Shown: positions 1 through 10,347, counted from the stretch's first letter. The stretch is 64,000 nucleotides of DNA from Candidatus Omnitrophota bacterium (GCA_035368605.1 DAOSLF010000003.1:889-64888), one strand, 5' to 3'. Numbers and translations: made by a program. The notes: generated by a model not told the origin, from the letters alone.

Positions 1-3000
1 AATGTGAAGCGCCGGCGCCCGTCTCGGCACGGACAAGTTCTCCGGCCGCGTTATAAGTCATCGTGTAATCCCCGACTTTACATTGAAACCCGAGGAACCC
101 GCCCTCCTCATCCTGCACAATTTCACGCGACGTCCCTTGAGGCAGAGACTGTTCAAACAGCGAACCCTCCGCGAGCCGTCCCCGGACCGGAACGTAATCT
201 TCAATTTCAAGAATCAATCCGTTCGAAAACTGGATCTGCCCGGCTTTGATTCGCTGATCTTCATCAAACACAAGATTGACCGCCGTGGCGCCCGAGGCGA
301 GATGAACTTCGGATCCCTGATCCCCCTCAAAAATGATCCAGGAACCGTCCGGGGCCTGATACCCCTTCAGACTGACAGCCCGAAGACCTGTTTCCGCATA
401 GGCTGCATTCTTATAGTCGCCGGGGTCGGGAACCGCTCCGTCAGGAAGCGTTTGGAAATAATCGGAATATTCATAAAGGTAACCATCCCGGGTAAGATGC
501 TTGATCAGTTTGCCGTCGGCGTCATAAAACCATACCGTCCCGCGTTCATCCGTGATCCGGGTCTCTTCACCTTCATAAGAATACCGGGTGCTGTTCAAAA
601 CACGGTTCCGGTAGGTCAATTCCGCTCCGATGATCTCCTCATCGGAATAAAGGTAGTGAGTCACGATCCCGTTCGGGTCTGCCGAGGTTAAAAGTTTTCC
701 GCCCCTGAACCGGCGGACTTCCCCGCTCACAGGATCCGTGAAAACGGTGATCTCGTTTCCTTCGCTGTCAAACTCATAGGAAAGATCATATTGCCTTCCA
801 TCCGGCTGGATAATCCTCCGGAGCGCGCCGTAGCTGTAACTGACCGCCGGGGACCCGTCCGGGGAAGTATGATCCGGGCCGCCGATACTGATCTCGGCCG
901 AGTTCTCGGAAAATTCATATTCGTTGACGATCCCGTTCGGAAGCGTCACGCGGGTCACCTCGCTTCCGTTCAGTTCAACCCGGGTTCCGTCAAATCTCCG
1001 GAAGGTCACAAGCCGGTTCGCCCCGGCAGTCGTGTCCGTGTGAATCATCCGCGTGGGAATATCCAGATAAGGCAGGAGCCCCGGAAAAGTGAGCGGTGTT
1101 CCGGCGGCAATGGTCGCGCCGACCGAAGAAAGGTTCTCGGCCTCGATCTTGAGATTCCTGATCCGGGAAGCCCGAATACCCGCCTGCTCCTCCCAGAGAG
1201 GCTCTTCAAAAGTTTTCAGGCTCATGTAGGAAACATCCTTGAAATAGACGCATCCTTCCTTTCCCACGCCGTCGCTTTCCTTCACAAGTTCGAGAGTGAT
1301 CTCGCCTTCCAATCCGGCTTTGCCCGCCATGGGGAACCAGAAGGTCCGGTATTCCGGCACCAGGTTTTTCATGCTGAACGCATATAAAGTGTTGTAGCCC
1401 GTTCCTTTTATCTTGAACGTAAAATCCTGGTTCCATGTCATGGAGGGATCCTGCATGAGGGTGACCGACAAAAATCCGTAATCGGAGATCTCGAACGGAG
1501 AGTTTTGATGATTAAAAACCATCCCGAGGACGTGGCTTGTGCTCGTGCTTTGATATTGAAACATAAAATACGCCTGGGAGTCATAGCCGATATCGGCCCG
1601 CCGGGCATAGATCATTTCGCCCTGGGGGTGATCGGGATAACTGAACTCCCCGACGATCGACCCCGGGATCGCGATCACATTCAGCGTTCTTGATATAAGC
1701 TGCGCCCGTTCAGCGGCCCTCTCGGGAAGCATGAGATATTCGAAAAGAGGCATGGAAACGGGCTCGCCTTCCCGCGTAAATTCCGCGTCAACCCCGACAA
1801 CGCGGCCGGCCGCGTCGTAACGATAAACAAGATCCGTGCGGCCATTCCGGAGGGTCTCGACCGCCGTGATCTCGGTCCCCCGGTAATAAAGCCATATGCC
1901 CTCGCCGACACTCACCCGGTTACCCGCGAATTCATCAATATCCATCTCCCTTCCGTCGTTCAGAACCGCATGGGCCCGGATCAGGTTGCCGTCGTCTCCG
2001 AACTCAATCCCCGTAAGAATGGCCTGAGGGGTCGTGATCGAAATGATCCGGCCTCCTTCCATCTGAACCGTGTTCCCGTCCTGAATCATCGTCCGGAGCG
2101 TCCCGTCGGTATTGAAAATCCTCCGGCGGTCATTGTCCTGGATATTGAAGGAATGGATCGTTCCCCGGAGGTCCTGATCGTAGTAAAAACGACCCGTTTC
2201 CAGCTTCCCCCGCGCGAGATCAATGATGAAACTCGCAATCCCTTTTTCATAGAGCACCGTCCGGCCGTTACGAAAAACCCACTTTGAAAGAAGCCCGTTT
2301 TCAAAATACTGAATACTGCCGTCCGCCCGCCGGAGAATGCCGCTTACAAGTTTCCCGGACGAATCGATCGTAAAATTCTCGAGAATTTCCTCGGCATCGC
2401 GAACCCCTCCGCCGAAAGCCTCCGTGACGATCCCGTTCCGGATCAATGTCCTTATCTCCTGTTCGCTTTTACCGAGCATCATCGCCCAGTCCAGCCGGTT
2501 CGTTGTCCGGACCTTGAAGCCGGAAAGCGGTCCGATATAAATTTCTCCGGCAACAGGCTCCCCGTTCGCCGACTGAATGACCGTCGTTATCATCTCCGCC
2601 CTGCCGTCAAGCGGCCGCACCACCGGGATCGTGATGAACTGCCATCCCTGTTTTAGCGGTTCGGTCAGAAAAATATTCCCGGTCCCCTTGAATTCGAACT
2701 TCAGTCGTATGTTTTCCGGCGTGCCGTCACCGACGCGGACGGGAACCGAAAGAAAATCAAAGCGGTCCAGGTCCAGGGGCGCGGCGCTGTACTTGTTCCA
2801 AAGCCCCACAGGATGCTCCGCGTCCAGGAACTGGAACGCTATCTGGCGGACTTCCCCCAATAACGGATCGCGGATCAGTTCGCTTGCCGCGTAACCATGC
2901 AGAGGCGTATAAAAAGCTCCCTGGGAATCCGCCCTGTTGTAAACATCGAGCTCAAAACCTCCCATGAGGGCCCGGCCGAGATCGGTATGCCCCGTCAACA

Positions 3001-6000
3001 AAAGATATTCCTGGATATCCATTTCCCTGAAACTGCCGCCCTCTCCGAACTCGATCGCGCTGTGGTGGAAAGTTCCGTCCGGCTGGCGATAATTGAACAC
3101 ACGACCTTCGCCGAATCTGGAATCAAAAACGTTCGGAATAAAGCTCGGCTGTTTCACAAGGCCGGACATCTTTCCGTCGGGCATAACGCTTCCGCCGTCA
3201 TAAAGCACTTCGACGTTTTCGCCGAACGGGGGCATGGGGAGCGCGGAATCCGTCGCGGGGTTCAGATTCAACAGGAACGATCCGTAGAGGTTGTCGAAAC
3301 GCTCCGCGACACCCCGGTCCATCAGATAGCTCCGCAAATAACCCCGGCTCGTCGTGAGAAGCGAAAGAATGAATGATGCCTGGTCCACACCGAAATACTG
3401 CGACGAAAAAACAGGCTCTTCGGTCGGCAAGATCTCCCCCGTGACGGGATCCGTATGAAGAACGGTTCTTATCGAAAGAGCGTCCACAAAACCCGCTTCC
3501 GTCACGATCTCCGGAAAACTCGTTTCCAGATTCTTGAGAAACTGAAGCGTGTAATGCGGGGCCAGGCCAAAGGCCGAGGCTGTCCCGTAAATTGACCCGA
3601 TATCGCTATGGCGGACATCATCCGCTTCGGCGGCCGCGGGAAGACCGATTTTGCCTTCGTATCCGTACCCGGGATTATCGCCCGCCGACAAAAGGCCGGG
3701 ATTCCCGGTCCCGAAAGCGTATTCGGCCTGCACGTAAAGAAAATTCCGGAGCGCGACATTGAATTCGGGATACCGGGTTTCATCCACGTGGATCAGCGGC
3801 CAGAACATCTGGAAGGTCCCTCCGTCAAACGGCGCCGCGAGTTCGATTGCCCGGCCTTCTTCCGTCAAGTAACGCCGGATTGTGACATCCAGTCCGTCAA
3901 ACGCAGGTTGATACTCGGGGTAATTCGCCGCGAGCCAAACCATGCCCGGGCGAAATTCGTTGAACAGGCGGTCTATATAATAATTGTTAACAAACTCCCA
4001 TTGCCCGGTCTGCGGATTAAGTCCGTAAGCACCCCGGAAACGTTTTTTCACGGAATCATAAAAAGCCGCGTATCCCGCTTCCTGGGCTGTCAGGATCGCG
4101 TTAGCCCGTGCGACAATACTTTCCCGCAGAACCGTCATATCGGGCTCAAGAGAAAGATTTTTTACGGCCCCGAGCACACTCGAAAGGCTGACGGCAAGGT
4201 TCAGCGTGTCTCCAAAACCGTATTGATCGGAAAGGTTTTCGTAACGGTAAGTCTTTATGACCTCCCCGGTTGGCTCCCCGGATTCATCAAGGACCGGCTG
4301 CTCATTTTCAATGATCCTGAAAAAAGCGACCATACCGTTCCATCCCGCCTGACGCTGGACTTCCTGATAGACCGCCAGCAAGGCTTCCAGTTTTTCGAAA
4401 GCCTGTTTCCTTGAAACAAGCGGCGTTTCAAAATCACCGGCCGCGATCGCGGCAAGGATCTCGGCCCAGAAACCCACAAGCGTAGCCTGGCTGTAATCCG
4501 ACTGTTGATCTTCCGCGAGCAGGTAATTATCGAGAGGAAGTCCGGTGCCCGCGTGGAGCCCTTTGCCTTCCGAAAAAAATCCGAGCTGTTTTTCGACCAG
4601 ATACCGCCGGTAAGCGGCTTCGGCGGCCGTCAGAGCCTCCGGAGGGGACGCGGGACCGGGCTCTTGAAATTCGATCGCGTCCGAAAATTCGAGAAAACGA
4701 CCGGACGCGGTAATTTGTTTGACGATCTCATTGTTTTCGATCAGGCATTGGGTCCCGTCACGAAAAAGGATCTCGCCGCTGAAAATATACCCATTCTCAT
4801 CAACCGTCAGTGAACGCAGGCTCGCGTTGGGAAGTTCGATCACGGAAACAAAGTGCTTCCCGGGAAGAAGCTCGGGAACCTCATAGGGCTCGATCCGGAC
4901 CTGTCTGGATTGAACATAACGGACCGGGCGGCCCTGCTCGAATTCGATCCGTCCCCCGCCCGGGAGATCGATCTTTACAAGTTCGGTCAGCCTTTCAGTC
5001 AATCCTTCGCCGTTCGGATAGCGGATCACCCGATAGGTCATTCCGTCTTCCGTGATGAGGCTCTCGGGTTCCCGGCTGTTCCGATAATCGATGAAGATCG
5101 TCCGGACACCATCCGCCCCGATCCGTTCGATCACTTTGGAGTTTCGATAGATCTCTACCTGCCCGTCCGCGGATGTCCTCCTGAAACCCGTCAGGCTGGT
5201 CCCGTTCCAGACAAGCTCCGTTAAAACAGTTCCGTCCGAGAGCACGATACGGTCAAGCGAACTTTCGTCGATACGAAGAAGCGTCCCGTCGCTTAGCCGC
5301 AGGCCCTCCAGCGCGCCCTCCGCGTTATAGATCTGAACCACACCGCTTCCGTCATCCCAGGAAATCGAAAGAAGGTCGCCGTTTTGAGATATCTGATTCC
5401 CGATCGAAACAACCCGGTGATCCGGCCCCGTCAAGGCGACGGGCAGGCCATCCGCAAGCCGCAGAATCTCTCCTTTTCCTGAAACCGTCTGCCGGATATT
5501 TCCCGTCGCGTCGTATTCGATCCGTTCGAGAAGATCATTCTGCAGGGTCTCCCAGGCTTCAGGGAACGCGTCCTTGTTTTGGAGGAAAAGGCCGGGATCT
5601 ATTTCGGTCGAAAAACCCGCCGGCCTGACGGCAATAATCTTCGATAAATAACCCGTAAGATCATGCCCTTCCCGGCTGATACTTGTTTCATAGCGGAAAA
5701 AATCACCGTTCGCATTCCTGTAACCTTTGAGAAATCCGTCTTCATAATAGACCTGGGTCCCATCCGAACGTTTGATCCAGAGCGGTTTTCCCTGATCGTC
5801 ATAGCGGGCGGTGAGGTTCTCTTCAAAACTCAAAATCCCGGTCACGGAGCCTCCATCACCCGACCGGTAGGCGAAATCCGTTCTTTTTGAATCGGAGCCG
5901 AGAACATAGGCCACGGTCCCGTCCTCGTGGTAGATCAACTTCTCCCCCGACGGTTTCTCCAGGCAAACCGGCTTCCCGCCCTGATAAAGCATCCGGTCAC

Positions 6001-8260
6001 CGTTCTGAAAAACAAGAAGCCCTCCCGCGAGATTGTTCCCGGAATCAAATTCCGGAAGGTAAAGCGTATAAACCGAAGGCTGTTCGACCGCCGTCAGCAT
6101 ATCCCCGGCATACTTCAGCACCATGCCGTTTTGCGTGGTTAAGGTTATCGGGTCCGTGCCCAAAACGGGCACTCCGGGCACTTCGGGAACTTCGGGGGCA
6201 TTTTTCCGGAGCATCACTTCATGAGCCAGATAGGTCGAACCGCTTCCCCGGCTGCCGCTGATCAAAAGCTCGTTGAGACCCGGCCGGAGTCTCCAGGTCT
6301 CATTATGAAGCTCTCCGTCCACCGTGTAAGTCAGCGTATAGAATTCCTGATCCGTCAAAGACGGAGACGTCACGACCACAACGGGCAACACCGGGGCCGT
6401 CGTGTAAAAAATACTGTCGGAAAAAACCGTTCTGTTACCGGCCCGGTCCTCGACCTCGCACAAAACCGTTTTTAATCCGTCTCCTCCTTCCCCGGGGATC
6501 TCAACAACCTTGTTCGCTCCGTAAGTCTCCCAATCCGTCCAGCTGGACCCGTCATCCAGTGAAAACCTGACGCTGGCAACCGGGGAAAGATCGTCCTGCG
6601 CCTCGATAAAAAGAGCCAGGGCCCTCGAATCCGTCTCGGCGTCCCCCCTGTTGATCCGTAAACTCCCCCACGGCGGCACCGTATCCAGAAAAATCGTCAC
6701 GGTCTTCGTCGAAGTGCGTCCGAAAATATCGGTCGCGGAAAGAACCACCGTGTTCTCACCTTCCTGCAGGGAATAGCTCCGGGTCCGATCCTTGCCGTCC
6801 ACGGTGTAACGAAGTTCGCAGGAGCTTTCCCGGGTGTAAACCGGCTGTTCGGGTATTTCGATCTCGGGCGGAGTCGTATCAAGGACCCGGCGGCCGTCAT
6901 TGTAAAATTCTTCGACGGAACCTTCTTCGTAAAGGACCTGATAACCGGTGACGGCTTGTCCGTCCGTGATATTCCGGATAATGCTTTTGGCGGGTATCGT
7001 GCTCGCGCGGTCGAGCGCGGCTGTCAGCGATTCGGGGAGAAATGCGCCGCGGCCATAAGACTCGGAGGTCGCCCGGATACTGTAATTCCCGGTCCCGGCG
7101 TTCACGAATACCGGATCGGCCTTCAGATTTCCGGCTGTCTGCGCCGCGGCCGCGGGAGGCGTAGCGCTGCCATAAGCGGTACTCCGTTCCGTATTCTTCC
7201 AAAAGGTATTGTTCTCCACCACGGCATATCCGCGGCCTGGCTGACCGGCGGAGTGGGCGGCCCAGGAGAACTCATAGATCGATGAAAATGTGCTTCCCGT
7301 GAAAATATTATTACAGATCCGGCTCTTCGCTCCGGAAAGGACGTTTATGGCGATATCGTTCGCCACGAAGGTGTTGTACCTGATCACGGTCGTGTCCTTC
7401 GGGAGCTGGACTCCGACATGCGTCATCGAAAAATAATTCATTTCGATCAGCGTATCGGAACCGTTCCGGACATGAATGCCGTAATCCTTGTTAGCCACGA
7501 TCCGGTTATGGCGGATCACAACCCTGTCTCCTTCAACGCGGATCGCAGCGGAAGGAGTCCCCGCGTAAGGGCCGATCCCCGAGATTGTCAGTCCTTCAAT
7601 CCGGTTATTCCCCATCGCGCGAATCCCCTGGATTCCCGTTTCATAATCACCGTGAAGGATCGTCGTATCTGCATTCTCCCCCTGCAAATTCACCCCGGCT
7701 TTCAGAATCAGCCCTTGGGGACACCCAAAGGCGTCGCGTTCGTAATGATAAGTGCCGGAATGGATGAAAAGGGTCGTCCCGGCTTCGGCGTTATCGATCG
7801 CGGACTGGATCGATTGTCCTTCATAGACATGACGGAACATTCTGCCATCCGGAAGTTTTTCCGTTACGATCCGTCCGGATTCATCATAAATATTCTGGTC
7901 CGTTCCCGGACTTTCGGAAAGCGGACCGGCGTTATTAGCGAGGAACTGCGTGGTGGCATCCGCAAGAACCGGTTCATCCGGTGCCGTTGATGAAACATTT
8001 GCCGCCGCGACAACCGGTCGGACCGCGGTGAGATCATAGTCCTGCGACGGAAGACCATCGCACCAGACCGTCTGGTGCCAAACAAGACAGAATACCAGGC
8101 AAAGCGCCACCACTCTGATGGACAGCCGATGCGAGCAGCGGCAGAAACGCTTCGCGAACGCAGGAAGTGGCAAGACTCCCGAAAGAGAAGCCTCCGCTTG
8201 AACCCGCGGCAAGATCATCACATCCCGATCACTTTGGCGTTCGTCGGATATTTTCTTCAT
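1..8260 (-). CDS. Giant secreted multidomain protein, 3' end beyond the window (>=2750 codons here): signal peptide, right-handed beta-helix repeats, Ig-like modules, YD/RHS-type repeats, central non-repetitive domain
   Basis: In 1..8260 the minus strand has no complete ORF longer than 101 aa, and none in the frame whose codons end at coordinate = 1 mod 3, so that frame must be open to the left edge. Manual reverse-complement translation from the ATG at 8258-8260 gives MKKISDERQSDRDVMILPRVQAEASLSGVLPLPAFAKRF..RVVALCLVFCLVWHQ (hydrophobic signal/anchor). Then come repeats NNRIEGLTISGIGPY / IRHNRIVANKDYGIHV / IRYNTFVANDIAINV (parallel beta-helix-like), TVPPWGSLRINRGDAETDS..SLDDGSSWTDWE (Ig-like), and many YD-type repeats (RYDDQGKPLWIKRSDGTQVYYEDGFLKGYRNANGDFFRYE; WFYDADGKLIKHLTRDGYLYEYSDY). 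An alternative start is the second Met at about 8218. The AT-rich 8261..8856 region is the upstream promoter region. Confidence 0.6.
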   Translation of the reverse strand, partial: MKKISDERQSDRDVMILPRVQAEASLSGVLPLPAFAKRFCRCSHRLSIRVVALCLVFCLVWHQTVWCDGLPSQDYDLTAVRPVVAAANVSSTAPDEPVLADATTQFLANNAGPLSESPGTDQNIYDESGRIVTEKLPDGRMFRHVYEGQSIQSAIDNAEAGTTLFIHSGTYHYERDAFGCPQGLILKAGVNLQGENADTTILHGDYETGIQGIRAMGNNRIEGLTISGIGPYAGTPSAAIRVEGDRVVIRHNRIVANKDYGIHVRNGSDTLIEMNYFSMTHVGVQLPKDTTVIRYNTFVANDIAINVLSGAKSRICNNIFTGSTFSSIYEFSWAAHSAGQPGRGYAVVENNTFWKNTERSTAYGSATPPAAAAQTAGNLKADPVFVNAGTGNYSIRATSESYGRGAFLPESLTAALDRASTIPAKSIIRNITDGQAVTGYQVLYEEGSVEEFYNDGRRVLDTTPPEIEIPEQPVYTRESSCELRYTVDGKDRTRSYSLQEGENTVVLSATDIFGRTSTKTVTIFLDTVPPWGSLRINRGDAETDSRALALFIEAQDDLSPVASVRFSLDDGSSWTDWETYGANKVVEIPGEGGDGLKTVLCEVEDRAGNRTVFSDSIFYTTAPVLPVVVVTSPSLTDQEFYTLTYTVDGELHNETWRLRPGLNELLISGSRGSGSTYLAHEVMLRKNAPEVPEVPGVPVLGTDPITLTTQNGMVLKYAGDMLTAVEQPSVYTLYLPEFDSGNNLAGGLLVFQNGDRMLYQGGKPVCLEKPSGEKLIYHEDGTVAYVLGSDSKRTDFAYRSGDGGSVTGILSFEENLTARYDDQGKPLWIKRSDGTQVYYEDGFLKGYRNANGDFFRYETSISREGHDLTGYLSKIIAVRPAGFSTEIDPGLFLQNKDAFPEAWETLQNDLLERIEYDATGNIRQTVSGKGEILRLADGLPVALTGPDHRVVSIGNQISQNGDLLSISWDDGSGVVQIYNAEGALEGLRLSDGTLLRIDESSLDRIVLSDGTVLTELVWNGTSLTGFRRTSADGQVEIYRNSKVIERIGADGVRTIFIDYRNSREPESLITEDGMTYRVIRYPNGEGLTERLTELVKIDLPGGGRIEFEQGRPVRYVQSRQVRIEPYEVPELLPGKHFVSVIELPNASLRSLTVDENGYIFSGEILFRDGTQCLIENNEIVKQITASGRFLEFSDAIEFQEPGPASPPEALTAAEAAYRRYLVEKQLGFFSEGKGLHAGTGLPLDNYLLAEDQQSDYSQATLVGFWAEILAAIAAGDFETPLVSRKQAFEKLEALLAVYQEVQRQAGWNGMVAFFRIIENEQPVLDESGEPTGEVIKTYRYENLSDQYGFGDTLNLAVSLSSVLGAVKNLSLEPDMTVLRESIVARANAILTAQEAGYAAFYDSVKKRFRGAYGLNPQTGQWEFVNNYYIDRLFNEFRPGMVWLAANYPEYQPAFDGLDVTIRRYLTEEGRAIELAAPFDGGTFQMFWPLIHVDETRYPEFNVALRNFLYVQAEYAFGTGNPGLLSAGDNPGYGYEGKIGLPAAAEADDVRHSDIGSIYGTASAFGLAPHYTLQFLKNLETSFPEIVTEAGFVDALSIRTVLHTDPVTGEILPTEEPVFSSQYFGVDQASFILSLLTTSRGYLRSYLMDRGVAERFDNLYGSFLLNLNPATDSALPMPPFGENVEVLYDGGSVMPDGKMSGLVKQPSFIPNVFDSRFGEGRVFNYRQPDGTFHHSAIEFGEGGSFREMDIQEYLLLTGHTDLGRALMGGFELDVYNRADSQGAFYTPLHGYAASELIRDPLLGEVRQIAFQFLDAEHPVGLWNKYSAAPLDLDRFDFLSVPVRVGDGTPENIRLKFEFKGTGNIFLTEPLKQGWQFITIPVVRPLDGRAEMITTVIQSANGEPVAGEIYIGPLSGFKVRTTNRLDWAMMLGKSEQEIRTLIRNGIVTEAFGGGVRDAEEILENFTIDSSGKLVSGILRRADGSIQYFENGLLSKWVFRNGRTVLYEKGIASFIIDLARGKLETGRFYYDQDLRGTIHSFNIQDNDRRRIFNTDGTLRTMIQDGNTVQMEGGRIISITTPQAILTGIEFGDDGNLIRAHAVLNDGREMDIDEFAGNRVSVGEGIWLYYRGTEITAVETLRNGRTDLVYRYDAAGRVVGVDAEFTREGEPVSMPLFEYLMLPERAAERAQLISRTLNVIAIPGSIVGEFSYPDHPQGEMIYARRADIGYDSQAYFMFQYQSTSTSHVLGMVFNHQNSPFEISDYGFLSVTLMQDPSMTWNQDFTFKIKGTGYNTLYAFSMKNLVPEYRTFWFPMAGKAGLEGEITLELVKESDGVGKEGCVYFKDVSYMSLKTFEEPLWEEQAGIRASRIRNLKIEAENLSSVGATIAAGTPLTFPGLLPYLDIPTRMIHTDTTAGANRLVTFRRFDGTRVELNGSEVTRVTLPNGIVNEYEFSENSAEISIGGPDHTSPDGSPAVSYSYGALRRIIQPDGRQYDLSYEFDSEGNEITVFTDPVSGEVRRFRGGKLLTSADPNGIVTHYLYSDEEIIGAELTYRNRVLNSTRYSYEGEETRITDERGTVWFYDADGKLIKHLTRDGYLYEYSDYFQTLPDGAVPDPGDYKNAAYAETGLRAVSLKGYQAPDGSWIIFEGDQGSEVHLASGATAVNLVFDEDQRIKAGQIQFSNGLILEIEDYVPVRGRLAEGSLFEQSLPQGTSREIVQDEEGGFLGFQCKVGDYTMTYNAAGELVRAETGAGASH

Positions 8261-8427
8261 CGATCAGAAAGATATCCGCGCGAAAGATCAAAGTACACGG
8301 ATTTAAAGCTTAAATTTTTTGGTTCTATCTCATAAGACGATTCATATCGCTTATAAATAGATTTTTGGGGCCGGGCAGCAAAAACCGCTAAAAAAGGATC
8401 AGGGATGGAACGGCGAGAAAGGCAATG

Positions 8428-8619
8428 CTAGAAGCTGAACTTTCCTGCGCAATGTTTTTCTTCGAGGATATCAAATATCTCGTTGATGTAGCCCTGGATG
8501 TGGACAGGCGGCTGATTATCGAAGAGGAGGGACAGGTTCAGGAGGAAACGGCGGACTTCCGTGGCGAGCTTCTGGTCTTTGATCCTGGAAAGCCTTGTTT
8601 CCAATTCTTCCATCAACAT
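8428..8619 (-). CDS. Hypothetical small protein (63 aa) immediately upstream of, and co-oriented with, the giant gene
   Basis: ORF-track entry MLMEELETRLSRIKDQKLATEVRRFLLNLSLLFDNQPPVHIQGYINEIFDILEEKHCAGKFSF. GGGAG lies about 10 nt upstream of the start, and codon usage looks like the genome. An overlapping plus-strand ORF 8425..8715 is an equally possible alternative. Confidence 0.25.
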   Translation of the reverse strand: MLMEELETRLSRIKDQKLATEVRRFLLNLSLLFDNQPPVHIQGYINEIFDILEEKHCAGKFSF

Positions 8620-8856
8620 TTGCTACTATCTCCCGTTTTCTTCAGGGAATATAACTCATTTTATGATAATTTGCAAGTCAATAAAGTCTTCGATATAGCA
8701 TTAAATAGCTATTGATTGCTTTGTATAGTCGATAAACCAAATAATTGATTTAAATTCACTAAGGTAAAGAAGAATCCGGTTCGATAAGTAACCATGACGT
8801 TATACACTATCCGGTGCCGGTTGCAGACTCTCAAACATAAACGAGGAGCCTCTTTC

Positions 8857-10272
8857 ATGAAAAAGACCATAGCGGTCCTTGCGATTCTCAGTATCACATT
8901 TTTGTCCCCCTTTTCCGCCTGGGCCGTCGGGTCAGGAGGCCTCGAGAACGCCTCCTTCAGCGCCCAACAGCTGAGCCTTGGCGGCGCCACGACAGCGACA
9001 CCGGATGAACCGGCCGCCATCTCCTACAATCCCGCCGGCATCGTGGACCTTCCCGGCGTCCAGGTCCAGGCCAGCCAGAACTTTATCAGCATGCTGACGT
9101 TCAAGGATAATGACGTCACAGGGGACACCCGGAGCTCGGGAACGCTCGCGTATGTCCCGACCGCGTATGTCACGATCAACCCGGGAAGGGTCTTCTGTGA
9201 CCGCCTGGCTTTCGGCATCGGAAGTGACTCCCCCTTCGGGCTCATGAACAAGTACAATTCCAGTGATCCGGCGACCCATTACACGGGCTGGCGGAACTAT
9301 CTCAAGATGTTCACGCTAAAACCGACCGTCGCCTACAAGTTCACGGACAAGCTCTCGATCGGCGGCGGCCCGATGTGGTACCGGATTTACGATTTCGGAG
9401 GCATCCAGGGTTATCCGAACAACCTCATCACGATCCCCTTCCTCGGAGTCAATACAGCTGACGGACAGATCAGGATCAACACGTCCGGCAACCATTGGGG
9501 ATGGCAGCTCGGCACACTCTATAAATTCAATGAAAAACACCGTGTCGGTTACTACTTCCGCAGTCCCGTGGTCGTGAACCTGAAAGGCCGGGTCAAGGTA
9601 GAAAACTCCAACATCTCACCACTTCTCGGCGGTCTCGGCCTCCGTAATTTTGAGACCGGTGTGCATACGAAGATGAGCCTTCCGATGAGCATGACTTGGG
9701 CCTACGCGTACCAGCCGACGAAGAAAACACACTACGAAGCCGATTTCATCTGGACCCGCTGGTCCACCATGAAACGCGTCTATTTCGTGAACGACACTTC
9801 CGGAAACGCGCTGGACGATGCGATCCTGAACGCGGTCCGCAGCGCCGACAAAGACTGGCGGGACGGCTTTGGATTACAGCTCGGGGCAAGCCACAAGCTC
9901 ACGGACAGGCTGACGCTCCGCGGCGGAAGCTGGTTCTACTGGACCCCGGTCCCGAAAACCCATTTCACACCAAGTATCCCCGATGCCAATCACCTGGTGC
10001 TTTCTCTCGGTCTCGGCTACAAGCTCAGCAAATATCTTGTCGCCGACCTCGCCTATTACAACTCGTTCTATTTCAAACGCCGGATCAATAATGACATCGC
10101 CGAGAATGCCGCGCTCCTCAACTCCTCCGTGGACGGGCATTACAAGACTTATTCGCAGGGCCTTACCGTCAGCATGACGCTCAAGTGGGATGATATCTTT
10201 CCCCGCGTGACGCGCGCGGGCGACGAGGAATCCATCGGTTCGTCCATGAGCATGAACCCGGCCGCCAGATAA
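8857..10272 (+). CDS. Outer-membrane transport protein, FadL/TodX (OMPP1) family-like
   Basis: Re-called at the internal ATG at 8857 (AGGAG 8 nt upstream). Signal peptide MKKTIAVLAILSITFLSPFSAWA. The N-terminal region FSAQQLSLGGATTATPDEPAAISYNPAGI matches the FadL N-terminal hatch motif (..GLGRAYSGEGAIADDAG..NPAL). The protein is about 470 aa, typical of a 14-strand barrel. Confidence 0.6.
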   Translation: MKKTIAVLAILSITFLSPFSAWAVGSGGLENASFSAQQLSLGGATTATPDEPAAISYNPAGIVDLPGVQVQASQNFISMLTFKDNDVTGDTRSSGTLAYVPTAYVTINPGRVFCDRLAFGIGSDSPFGLMNKYNSSDPATHYTGWRNYLKMFTLKPTVAYKFTDKLSIGGGPMWYRIYDFGGIQGYPNNLITIPFLGVNTADGQIRINTSGNHWGWQLGTLYKFNEKHRVGYYFRSPVVVNLKGRVKVENSNISPLLGGLGLRNFETGVHTKMSLPMSMTWAYAYQPTKKTHYEADFIWTRWSTMKRVYFVNDTSGNALDDAILNAVRSADKDWRDGFGLQLGASHKLTDRLTLRGGSWFYWTPVPKTHFTPSIPDANHLVLSLGLGYKLSKYLVADLAYYNSFYFKRRINNDIAENAALLNSSVDGHYKTYSQGLTVSMTLKWDDIFPRVTRAGDEESIGSSMSMNPAAR

Positions 10273-10291
10273 AAAGGTCCGAAAAACAAAA

Positions 10292-10330
10292 ACCCGGTAC
10301 CGGCTTTGGCCGGCACCGGGTTTTTTTATT
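10292..10330. terminator. Bidirectional rho-independent terminator between the convergent FadL-like gene (+) and gpsA (-)
   Basis: AACCCGGTACCGGC-TTTG-GCCGGCACCGGGTTTTTTTATTTT. A GC stem is flanked by an A-run on one side and a T-run on the other. Confidence 0.65.
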
Positions 10331-10347
10331 TTGGGAACGATCAGGTC

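Noticed and set aside
1-8260. About fifteen plus-strand ORFs of 60-270 aa across the first 8 kb (83..691, 791..1387, 3608..4414, 7418..7990, and others)
   Set aside because: None has an RBS or coherent protein features. They tile the antisense strand of the single giant minus-strand frame that runs off the window edge.
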